This document shows positions 41,795 through 49,056 of a stretch of 49,056 nucleotides of DNA, in pieces. The stretch's first letter is position 1. The number at the start of each line of letters is the position of its first letter. The notes beneath the pieces were generated by a model that saw only the letters and a program-made list of their open reading frames with translations, made no database searches and had not been told where the DNA came from. The position numbers and the translations under genes were made by a program. Origin of the DNA: Minisyncoccota bacterium (GTDB taxonomy: Bacteria > Patescibacteriota > Minisyncoccia > Phycocordibacterales > UBA9973); contig DAORIO010000001.1 of assembly GCA_035438585.1 (NCBI GenBank), positions 1 to 49,056 of the forward strand. The letters are read 5' to 3'.

Positions 41795-42574
41795 ATGGCA
41801 ACACTTCAAAAAATCTTTACCCCACTTGAGATAGTGGGGGATGGCGTTAAGCGTTCATTAATATTGTTTCATGTGGCTATCCTTGTGTTGGCCTGGACAT
41901 TTCTTGTTCCGGACAAAACATTGTTTCCTAGTCTTGGAGAAGTTTTGGTTGCTTGGAAAGATTTATGGATGAAAGGATTATTCTTTCATATCTTAAAGAC
42001 TCTACAGCTCTGCGGTACTGCAACACTTATAAGTATTATTGTTTCTTGTATTGTTGCTTATGCCTCAACCATTCCATTCTTTACTCCGATTAGTTTATTC
42101 TTCACAAAGCTTAGGTATAACCCCATTCAGGGATTTACGCTCTTTCTGACTATTATGTCAGGTGGGGGCAGAAATCTTCAGATCACTCTCCTCGTTGTCT
42201 TTATGTCTTTTTATTTTATTACCAGTTTAATTTCGGTAATAAATGACATACCACCAGAGGATTTTATCCGAAGAAAAACTCAAAAAATGGGTAACTGGAA
42301 AATTCTTTGGAAGGTGGTAATACTTGATCGCAAAGATTACTTAGTAGAAGTGATCAGGGTTAACCTTGGTATTGTTCTTATGATGATTGTTTCAGTTGAA
42401 GCTATGGATAAAAACCAAGGTGGATTAGGGTCTCTACTGGTTGATACCGGGCGCGGTCTTAATTTCCCTAAGATATTTGCTCTTCAGCTGAACATTTTGT
42501 TGATAGGAATAGGTTTAGACATGTTGCTTCAGTTGATATTTAATTCTTTCCCAGCACAAAAAAAACATAGATAA
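41795..42574 (+). CDS. ABC transporter permease (NitT/TauT SsuC-like)
   Basis: Six TM helices. C-terminal GLGSLLVDTGRGLNFPKIFALQLNILLIGIGLDMLL resembles the permease family loop. Confidence 0.7.
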   Translation: MATLQKIFTPLEIVGDGVKRSLILFHVAILVLAWTFLVPDKTLFPSLGEVLVAWKDLWMKGLFFHILKTLQLCGTATLISIIVSCIVAYASTIPFFTPISLFFTKLRYNPIQGFTLFLTIMSGGGRNLQITLLVVFMSFYFITSLISVINDIPPEDFIRRKTQKMGNWKILWKVVILDRKDYLVEVIRVNLGIVLMMIVSVEAMDKNQGGLGSLLVDTGRGLNFPKIFALQLNILLIGIGLDMLLQLIFNSFPAQKKHR

Positions 42575-42575
42575 C

Positions 42576-43415
42576 ATGAGCGATTATAAAATAGGAAAAC
42601 CGATAGTAACACTCAAAGATGTTTCAAAGTCTTTTGGGAATAAGTTAATCCTCCGCGATGTTGGTACAGAAAAAATACCATTCGTGATATACGATATTAA
42701 TCGAGCAGATTTATCACAAGGTCAAACCATTGCGATTGTTGGGGAGTCTGGTTCAGGAAAATCAACTTTGTTTAAATTGTTAGCCGGTATTTATCCAGCA
42801 ACAAAAGGTAGCATTGAAATTCTTGATTGGGAAGACAATTCTAAATATCAGACTGTGCGTGGGGGAGATGTGGGGTTTGTGCAACAAACATACCCGCTTT
42901 CACGTAACCAGAATGTATACGAAATGCTTACCGATGCTGCAATACAAGGAAATGTGCCAAAAAATGACCGAAAAAGCATAATAGAATCTTATTTAGAAAA
43001 ATGGAATTTAATAAATCAAAAATTTCTAGCTAAGAATCAGTTGTCTGGAGGTCAAAAGCAAAGGGTTGCCATTATTGAACAACTTCTTTGTTCGCACTAC
43101 CTTGTGATCTTCGACGAACCATTCTCCGGTCTTGATGTTCGAAACATTGAGGACGTGAAAAATAGTTTTCGTAAGATATCTTCAACCAGTGAAATTAACA
43201 CAATAGTATTTTCAGCTCACGATATTAATCTAGCTGTTGAACTTGCTGACGTAGTTTATGTAATTGGTTATGAGCGAGGAAGGGACGGCTTGATATTGCC
43301 CGGAGGCACAATTGTTAAAAAGTTTGACCTTATGGAAATGGGGTTGGCTTGGAAAGAATTGACCGCTGGACACCTTGAGGTTGCGTCCGAAATAAAAAAT
43401 ATAATAAAAACATAG
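42576..43415 (+). CDS. ABC transporter ATP-binding protein
   Basis: Walker A GESGSGKST, signature LSGGQKQRVAI, Walker B IFDEPFSGLD, H-loop SAHD. Confidence 0.85.
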   Translation: MSDYKIGKPIVTLKDVSKSFGNKLILRDVGTEKIPFVIYDINRADLSQGQTIAIVGESGSGKSTLFKLLAGIYPATKGSIEILDWEDNSKYQTVRGGDVGFVQQTYPLSRNQNVYEMLTDAAIQGNVPKNDRKSIIESYLEKWNLINQKFLAKNQLSGGQKQRVAIIEQLLCSHYLVIFDEPFSGLDVRNIEDVKNSFRKISSTSEINTIVFSAHDINLAVELADVVYVIGYERGRDGLILPGGTIVKKFDLMEMGLAWKELTAGHLEVASEIKNIIKT

Positions 43416-43425
43416 TTCTTTTTAA

Positions 43426-43455
43426 AGGCTTGGTTGTAAAACCAGGCTTTTTTTA
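43426..43455 (+). terminator. Rho-independent terminator
   Basis: GCTTGGTT-GTAA-AACCAGGC, then T7. Confidence 0.7.
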
Positions 43456-43510
43456 TTTGGCAAATTCAGACTTGTAAAATTCTATTTACTGTGATAAAGT
43501 CCTATTCTAT

Positions 43511-43921
43511 ATGGCAATAACGCTTACACCGGTAAACATAGACGAAAGAAAGAAACTTGAGTTCAACTCAGGGGATACAGTTCGTGTATGGGTAAAAATT
43601 GAAGAAAAAGGAAAGACTCGAACTCAGGCTTTTGAAGGTCTTGTTCTTTCACGAAAGCATGGGTCTGAAATCGGAGCTACTTTTACAGTCCGAAAGGTTT
43701 CAAACTCTGTTGGAGTAGAAAGAATTTTCCCACTATATTCAACAATAATCGATAAAATCGAAGTTGTTAAAAAATCTCGCGCCCGAAGAAGTAAACTTTA
43801 TTACATTCGAGACAAGGCTGCTCGAGAAGTAAAGAGAAAAATGAAAGCTGTAACTATCGGAGCAAGTAAAATGGAAGGAGTAGAAGAATCAGCTGAAGAA
43901 GTGGTAAATACTGAAGAATAA
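43511..43921 (+). CDS. rplS: 50S ribosomal protein bL19
   Basis: GDTVRVWVKIEEKGKTRTQAFEGLVLSRKHG...FTVRKVSNSVGVERIFPLYS. Acidic C-terminal extension. Confidence 0.9.
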   Translation: MAITLTPVNIDERKKLEFNSGDTVRVWVKIEEKGKTRTQAFEGLVLSRKHGSEIGATFTVRKVSNSVGVERIFPLYSTIIDKIEVVKKSRARRSKLYYIRDKAAREVKRKMKAVTIGASKMEGVEESAEEVVNTEE

Positions 43922-43950
43922 AAAATCCCGCATAATGCGGGATTTTTTGT
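43919..43950 (+). terminator. Rho-independent terminator
   Basis: ATCCCGCA-TAA-TGCGGGAT, then T6. Confidence 0.8.
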
Positions 43951-43990
43951 ATCGACAAAATAAATAATTCGGTTAGTATATAAGGGCAAT

Positions 43991-44040
43991 GCTCAGGTGG
44001 CGAAACTCATAAGGACTACAGCACGCACTATGGTGGTGTG
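43991..44040 (+). pseudogene. Degenerate 5' portion of a tRNA-Leu gene
   Basis: GCTCAGGTGGCGAAACT matches the first 17 nt of the intact tRNA-Leu (GCGCAGGTGGCGAAACT) at 16/17. ...CACGCACTA..GGTGGTG then echoes the D and anticodon stems. No T-arm or acceptor 3' strand follows. Confidence 0.55.
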
Positions 44041-44083
44041 ATTATGATTGGATTATGTATTTTATACCGGCATTTAGTAATTT

Positions 44084-44167
44084 GCGCAGGTGGCGAAACT
44101 GGTAGACGCACTACCTTGAGGTGGTAGCGGGAGCAATCTTGTGGGAGTTCAAATCTCCCTCTGCGCA
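44084..44167 (+). tRNA. tRNA-Leu (anticodon GAG), type II, no encoded CCA
   Basis: GCGCAGG/TCTGCGC acceptor, loop TTGAGGT, extra arm, T arm GGGAG-TTCAAAT-CTCCC. Confidence 0.85.
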
Positions 44168-44171
44168 CAAA

Positions 44172-44200
44172 TAAAAAATCCTATTTTGTAGGATTTTTTA
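44172..44200 (+). terminator. Terminator after tRNA-Leu
   Basis: AATCCTA-TTTTG-TAGGATT, then T6. Confidence 0.75.
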
Positions 44201-44367
44201 TTTTAAGCGAAGATTTGAACGGGAAAGGGGTCGGGAAAACGGTAGTTTTCCTGTGGAGGAGGCAGTGACATTGAGCTTGTCGAAGTGGAGCGTTGGAACC
44301 GCCTGGTTCCAAAACACAGCGAGTTTACGAGCGAGTAGTGAAATTCTCCCCCTGCGCACAAATAAAA
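44201..44367 (+). ncRNA. tRNA-trailing element, divergent-core variant (host tRNA-Leu)
   Basis: AGATTTGAAC (44211-44220) is the reverse complement of the T-loop/stem. Three unrelated hairpins follow: GGAAAAC/GTTTTCC, GACA/TGTC and GGAACC/GGTTCC. The element ends in GTGAAATTCTCCCCCTGCGCACAAATAAAAAAT (44337-44369). That stretch is a 29/33 copy of the tRNA 3' end plus trailer. Confidence 0.6.
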
Positions 44368-44400
44368 AATACCCAAAATATTTTGGGTATTTTTTATTTT
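44364..44400 (+). terminator. Second terminator, following the decoy tRNA-Leu 3' end
   Basis: ATACCCAAAA-TA-TTTTGGGTAT, then T-run. Confidence 0.7.
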
Positions 44401-44424
44401 TTACGTGTATAATTTACATTACAA

Positions 44425-44829
44425 ATGAATTCAAAAAGAAAACTTTTAATATTCGTACTTACGGTTTTAGTTTTAGTAATTTTTGCTTATGTTTTAAAAC
44501 AAGGTAAGAAAATATCACCAACAGAAGGGTTAACTTCTACCTGGGAAACTTTTAAATATAACGATAAGGATTTTCCATATCCACCAAATTGGACATTTGA
44601 AGAAGTGCTTGGTGGAAAAAATGGAAAAGAAGTTGTAGGTGTTTTGGTTTATAAAAAAAATTTAGAAAACAAAGAAACAAATGTCATGGTTGGAGGAGGG
44701 AAAGAGTGTGAGGAATTGAGAGATCAGAAGCTTTGTCTTGGTAAAAATCCTGTTTACACAGACAGCCAGGACCCAGAAGCAATGCAATTGTTTGAACTTT
44801 ATGTTCGAATTAATGAAAATCCACAATAA
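44425..44829 (+). CDS. Membrane-anchored small exported protein
   Basis: MNSKRKLLIFVLTVLVLVIFAYVL anchor. Confidence 0.5.
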   Translation: MNSKRKLLIFVLTVLVLVIFAYVLKQGKKISPTEGLTSTWETFKYNDKDFPYPPNWTFEEVLGGKNGKEVVGVLVYKKNLENKETNVMVGGGKECEELRDQKLCLGKNPVYTDSQDPEAMQLFELYVRINENPQ

Positions 44830-44860
44830 AAAAAGTGAAAATCGTTTATACTATATATAG

Positions 44861-47506
44861 ATGATTACAGAAGAACTTCTATCATATATTAAAAAGCAGT
44901 TAGAATTGGGACACTCAGAAGAAACTGTTAAGAAAATTTTAATTGATCATAAGTGGAAACAAGCTGATGTTGATCAGGCTTTTTCCGCTGTATTAGGTGC
45001 AAAGCCTCAAAATACACAAGGAGAGGTTGCCTCAATTATGCGACCTGGATTTTCAGGAAACCAAGCGCAACCTGTTGCTCAATTTTCTCAACCGCAAGCG
45101 CAAGTTCAGCCACAGATTCAAATGGCACAGCCTCAAGTTCAGCCGATTCAGGTAACACAGCCCGTACAACAAGCACAACCGACTTTCCGGCCACAATACA
45201 CTCAACCAGCTCAAGTTGCACAAGTTCTTTCTCGTCCAGAGATAATGGCACAGCCTGTCGTAGAGAAAGCTCCGGCTCAACAAGCAGAAACAGCATTTCA
45301 AATAAATCCAAAGTTACAGCAACAATTTCAAACTGACACTCAAAATCCAATTCAACCACAACCTCAGTCAGTTGTTGCTGAGAAAAATATTGCGCGACCA
45401 GTTGAGGTAAAATCAGAAAGTCCTGTTTTTATGCCAAAGACTTTTAACGCAAAACCACTTAGTGAAATACAGACAGACAAAAAAGTTCAATTTGGTGCAG
45501 TTATTCAACCAAATGAAGTTAGACAGCCTGAAATAAAATTGGAGCCAGAGATTGTCGCAGATGCAAATAATGATTTTTATAAATCATTAACTACAAACAC
45601 AACAGAGGTTTCTAAAAATGAATCTGGGTTTACATCTTTGGCTTCCAAAAAACCAGAAACAATAACGGAGGCGGGAAGGGTTATTGGTCAGCCTATGTTG
45701 AAACCAAAAACTTTTGGACCGAAAGTTTTTGGTAATAATCTGCAATCTCAGTTTAATAAAATGGAACCATCAAGTTATGGAAAATTTGCAACTCCCCAAG
45801 CAGAAGGAAAAATCTCTTCGTCTAGCGAGGAAGCAATGCCACCGCTCGGAGCTCAGTCTGCGGATTTGTATCAAAAAAATAAACCAGATGATGTTGCACA
45901 AAAAGAAGCTCAAAACAAAATGCCCATACAGATGGCAAATCAAAGCAATCCAAATATTTCAAGTATAAACATTCCTGAGTCAAAAACTACAAAGAGTCGT
46001 TTTTTGAAAAAAGTTTTTTTCCTACTAATTTTTATTATTGTTATAGGTTTAATGGTTTATGGTTATCTTGTTTTTTTCAGTAGAGGTATATATCAAGATT
46101 CTAAATTTATGGAAAAATTTCAAAATGTTTCTTCTGCTAATTTTGAAATTACCGCAAGTGGACCAATTTTAAGTACTATTTTCCCAACATCAGAAGATCC
46201 GAATTTACTAACAGCAAAGATAAATTCTTTTATTGATGTTTCTGATTCTAGTAACAAGATTTCAAATTTTGAGGTTGGTCTTAAAAACGGAAAAGAATTA
46301 AATTTTAATGTAATAAGTACAAATACTGCTTCTTACGCGTATACAACTTATGAAGATTTTTCTTTTAAAAATCAGTGGATTCAATTAAACGGTCCATTTT
46401 TCCAATCATTTTTGCCTAGTATGCTTTCTGGGACTTTACCAAACGGCTTAATTTCAGACAGTGGTTTTGTTTTGGATGAAAAAACCTCTTTGAGTATAAG
46501 GCAGCTTTTTAGTAAGTTTCCGATTTTAGCGCTAACTTATGAAAAAAAAGGTGAAGATGTTGGTGATAAAAAAGCAAAAATATATTCTTTTGAATTAAAT
46601 AAGGAGGCAATAAATTTGTATTTAGAACAACTTTCTGTTTTATCAAAGGGTTCTTCTGGTTATGAAAAATCTATAGAAAAAATTAAAAACCTGTTAAGTA
46701 TTTTAGAGTTAAAAGAGGGGACAATATGGATAGATCAAGATGGGTTGCCTGTTAGAATTATGGCAACAATGAATACAATAGGTAATACATCTACTAGTTC
46801 AATAAATATCGAAATAAATTCTTATAATGAAAAACAAAACATTTCTTTACCTAATAATTTTATAAAACCAGAAAGTTCTAACGGTGATGTTTCTTTTGCA
46901 GAAACTGAATTGAAAGATTCTATTAGAACGGTTTTTGTTGATTTGCAAAGTATTTCAAATTCTTATAAAGCTTCAAAAAATGGAAATTTTACAGGTATTT
47001 GTCAGGACATGCCTTCTGGTTTTTCAAGTAGATTTAAGGATCTTGAGGTTGTATCACCTAACACTAATCCAATTTGTAAAGATGGCGTTTCTGGATTTTT
47101 AGTTGGTGCAAAATATGCAAATAATAAATATTTATGCGTTGATAAGCTAAAAATAGCAGACTCTGATGAATCTGGAATTTTAGGAGCATCTCTTTCTTGT
47201 GTTAATTCAAAAGAATCGATATCAGAAGATTTATATATAAAAGAGACAATTATAGCTTTTGCTAATATCGCCAAATCTTACAAAGCTGAAAATCAAAATT
47301 CTTTTTCGGGACTTTGTGCTAGCGAGAGTTATTTGATGTTTAGTAGAGGGCTTCAGTCTGCGGTTAGTAAGCCTTCTCAGTGTTTAAGTACTGGCACAAC
47401 TTATGCAGTATTTAGCCCTCTTTCTACTGGAGAGTACGCTTGTATTGATACCACTTCAAAATATACTGTTTCTTCAAGTCCACTAACCACAACAAGTTGT
47501 AAATAG
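44861..47506 (+). CDS. Large bitopic envelope protein: small helical N-domain, Q/P-rich repeat region, TM helix, and an extracytoplasmic domain with duplicated Cys-containing C-terminal modules
   Basis: PQAQVQPQIQMAQPQVQPIQVTQPVQQAQP region. TM helix FFLLIFIIVIGLMVYGYLVFF. Two related modules: SNSYKASKNGNFTGICQD... and AKSYKAENQNSFSGLCAS... Confidence 0.65.
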   Translation: MITEELLSYIKKQLELGHSEETVKKILIDHKWKQADVDQAFSAVLGAKPQNTQGEVASIMRPGFSGNQAQPVAQFSQPQAQVQPQIQMAQPQVQPIQVTQPVQQAQPTFRPQYTQPAQVAQVLSRPEIMAQPVVEKAPAQQAETAFQINPKLQQQFQTDTQNPIQPQPQSVVAEKNIARPVEVKSESPVFMPKTFNAKPLSEIQTDKKVQFGAVIQPNEVRQPEIKLEPEIVADANNDFYKSLTTNTTEVSKNESGFTSLASKKPETITEAGRVIGQPMLKPKTFGPKVFGNNLQSQFNKMEPSSYGKFATPQAEGKISSSSEEAMPPLGAQSADLYQKNKPDDVAQKEAQNKMPIQMANQSNPNISSINIPESKTTKSRFLKKVFFLLIFIIVIGLMVYGYLVFFSRGIYQDSKFMEKFQNVSSANFEITASGPILSTIFPTSEDPNLLTAKINSFIDVSDSSNKISNFEVGLKNGKELNFNVISTNTASYAYTTYEDFSFKNQWIQLNGPFFQSFLPSMLSGTLPNGLISDSGFVLDEKTSLSIRQLFSKFPILALTYEKKGEDVGDKKAKIYSFELNKEAINLYLEQLSVLSKGSSGYEKSIEKIKNLLSILELKEGTIWIDQDGLPVRIMATMNTIGNTSTSSINIEINSYNEKQNISLPNNFIKPESSNGDVSFAETELKDSIRTVFVDLQSISNSYKASKNGNFTGICQDMPSGFSSRFKDLEVVSPNTNPICKDGVSGFLVGAKYANNKYLCVDKLKIADSDESGILGASLSCVNSKESISEDLYIKETIIAFANIAKSYKAENQNSFSGLCASESYLMFSRGLQSAVSKPSQCLSTGTTYAVFSPLSTGEYACIDTTSKYTVSSSPLTTTSCK

Positions 47507-47509
47507 AAA

Positions 47510-47854
47510 ATGGATTTACTATCAAAAAAATGCAAACCGTGTGAGGGAGGAGTTGACCCATTTGATGCTGATACAGCACATGTTTATCTTCTTGATACTC
47601 CAAATTGGCAAATGGATGATCAGGCTAAAAAAATAGAGAGAGAATTTAAATTTAAAAAATTTATAAATTCCATTGATTTTGTAAATTCTGTTGCGGATTT
47701 GGCTGAGAATGAAGGGCATCACCCAGATATTTTTATAAGTTTCAATCTTGTTAAATTAATGCTTACAACACATGCTATAAAGGGTCTTTCAGAAAATGAT
47801 TTTATAATGGCTGCAAAAATTAATAATATTTATAACCACTTTTTAAATGGATAG
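47510..47854 (+). CDS. phhB: Pterin-4-alpha-carbinolamine dehydratase (PCD/DCoH)
   Basis: CKPC...W, F-x-F-x-x-F, and the LAENEGHHPD motif. Confidence 0.8.
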   Translation: MDLLSKKCKPCEGGVDPFDADTAHVYLLDTPNWQMDDQAKKIEREFKFKKFINSIDFVNSVADLAENEGHHPDIFISFNLVKLMLTTHAIKGLSENDFIMAAKINNIYNHFLNG

Positions 47855-48839
47855 CCAATTTTTTCATCTTTTAGCAATTGGGGCTGCAATTTTCGGTATA
47901 TCAATTGCGTGTCATATTTTTATAAAAAAGACAAAGAAAAAACCTTTGGTTTGTCCAATGCGTGCAAATTGCGACAGTGTTATTCATAGCGCGTATTCAA
48001 AAACTCTAGGTATACGAAATGAAATAGTTGGAATAATTTATTATTTGGGAGTTATTTTGTTTCATTTACTATTTTTAATTTTTCCAATTCCTTACGATAG
48101 TCAGGTATATTTTTCTATTTACAGTGTTTCTTTGGGGGCATTTATGTTTTCAATGTATTTAGTTGGAGTTCAGGGGTTTGTTCTAAAAGAATGGTGTACT
48201 TGGTGTGTATTTTCAGCTATTGCATCAACAATTATTTTTATAGCAACCGCTTTTTCTATAGATGTTCCAATGTCTAGCGTCTTTTTGGTAAATAAAAATT
48301 CTTTAGTTATTTTTCATATTTTAGGAGTTTCTCTGGGGTTAGGGGGTGCAATTATAACAGATCTTTTTTTCTTTAAGTTTTTAAAAGATTTAAGAATTTC
48401 AAATGAAGAAGCAGATACTCTTAGAACTTTATCAAATATAATATGGTCGGCGATTATTGTTTTAATTGTTACCGGGATTGGTTTGTTTTGGCCACAATCA
48501 GAAAGATTGCTTGATTCTGGAAAATTTCTCACAAAAATTATCGCTGTAATAGTTTTGGTTATAAATGGTTTTATGTTGAATTTTTTAATTGCACCAAGAC
48601 TTGTTGAAATAAGTTTTGATGAGGATTACAAAGATGACCAAAAAGAGTTGAAACACTTGAAACATCTTGCTTTCTTTTCTGGGGCAATCTCGATAACTTC
48701 TTGGGTTTTTATATTTATTTTAGGTTCAGTTCAAAATATTCTTTGGCCATTTGAAACCCTAATTTCTATTTATGTCGGACTTTTGGCGCTGGCTTATTTG
48801 TTAAGTAGGATTATGGAAAAAAGACTGCTCAAGGGGTAG
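47847..48839 (+). CDS. VKOR-family thiol oxidoreductase fused to an additional 4-5 TM C-terminal domain
   Basis: Loop Cys pair CPMRANC followed by SAYSKTLGI. TM CxxC motif WCTWC. Residues from about 150 to 330 form a further polytopic domain of unknown family. Confidence 0.6.
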   Translation: MDSQFFHLLAIGAAIFGISIACHIFIKKTKKKPLVCPMRANCDSVIHSAYSKTLGIRNEIVGIIYYLGVILFHLLFLIFPIPYDSQVYFSIYSVSLGAFMFSMYLVGVQGFVLKEWCTWCVFSAIASTIIFIATAFSIDVPMSSVFLVNKNSLVIFHILGVSLGLGGAIITDLFFFKFLKDLRISNEEADTLRTLSNIIWSAIIVLIVTGIGLFWPQSERLLDSGKFLTKIIAVIVLVINGFMLNFLIAPRLVEISFDEDYKDDQKELKHLKHLAFFSGAISITSWVFIFILGSVQNILWPFETLISIYVGLLALAYLLSRIMEKRLLKG

Positions 48840-48882
48840 GGGGTTTTCCTTGTGTTAGTTTTGTGGTAAAAATGAGTTTCAT

Positions 48883-48957
48883 GGTGACTATAGTTTAGTG
48901 GTAAAACTCCGGTTTGTGGAACCGGTATCGAGAGTTCAATTCTCTCTAGTCACCCCA
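48883..48957 (+). tRNA. tRNA-His (anticodon GUG) with encoded G-1 and CCA
   Basis: G-1 plus GTGACTA/TAGTCAC acceptor, loop TTGTGGA, T arm GAGAG-TTCAATT-CTCTC, C73 then CCA. Confidence 0.85.
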
Positions 48958-48961
48958 TAAA

Positions 48962-48988
48962 AAAAGACCGGACAAGCGGCTTTTTTAT
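48962..48988 (+). terminator. Weak terminator-like hairpin after tRNA-His
   Basis: AGACCG...CGGCT (5 bp with one bulge), then T6. Confidence 0.35.
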
Positions 48989-49056
48989 TTGGGTTACTAA
49001 GCGAGCAAAATCTGTATCTTTATGGGATAATTTTTAGGTTAAGACTAAAAAGACAT

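Overview
AT-rich window (about one third G+C by eye). It is gene-dense, uses the standard genetic code (TGA ends several well-supported genes) and has almost no Shine-Dalgarno sequences. The gene content is a streamlined housekeeping set with short proteins: tyrS, ruvC-ruvB, ruvA, ruvX, polA, mutM, tsaE, rpsT, rplS, rluA-type and SpoU-type RNA modifiers, and a type IV pilus set (pilB, pilM/N/O). There are also many secreted or membrane hypotheticals. By inference this fits a Patescibacteria/CPR (Parcubacteria-like) bacterium. I support about 57 CDS, including one edge-truncated PBP and three sub-60-aa ORFs absent from the ORF track. I also support 7 tRNA genes, many rho-independent terminators and a set of near-consensus TTGACA-N16/17-TAnnnT promoters. 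Many genes have an extended -10 box 6-7 nt upstream of the ATG, which suggests leaderless mRNAs. The main finding concerns the six tRNA genes whose 3' flank lies fully inside the window. Each is followed by a 140-230 nt non-coding structured element. Each element contains the reverse complement of its own tRNA's T-arm (and usually the acceptor 3' strand) plus a degenerate sense copy of the tRNA 3' end. Four copies, and partly a fifth, share a conserved core with compensatory base changes. I do not recognise this as a described RNA family or mobile element. Secondary items are listed below. (1) Two orphan structured or terminated transcripts. (2) An AT-rich inverted-repeat island. (3) A thiol-oxidation and metal island: DsbB, a VKOR-type Trx, Fur, ZIP and a His-tailed YibE/F. 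(4) A VKOR fusion protein. (5) A visibly GC-richer cluster encoding two coiled-coil proteins, a substrate-binding/OmpA fusion and an ABC transporter.
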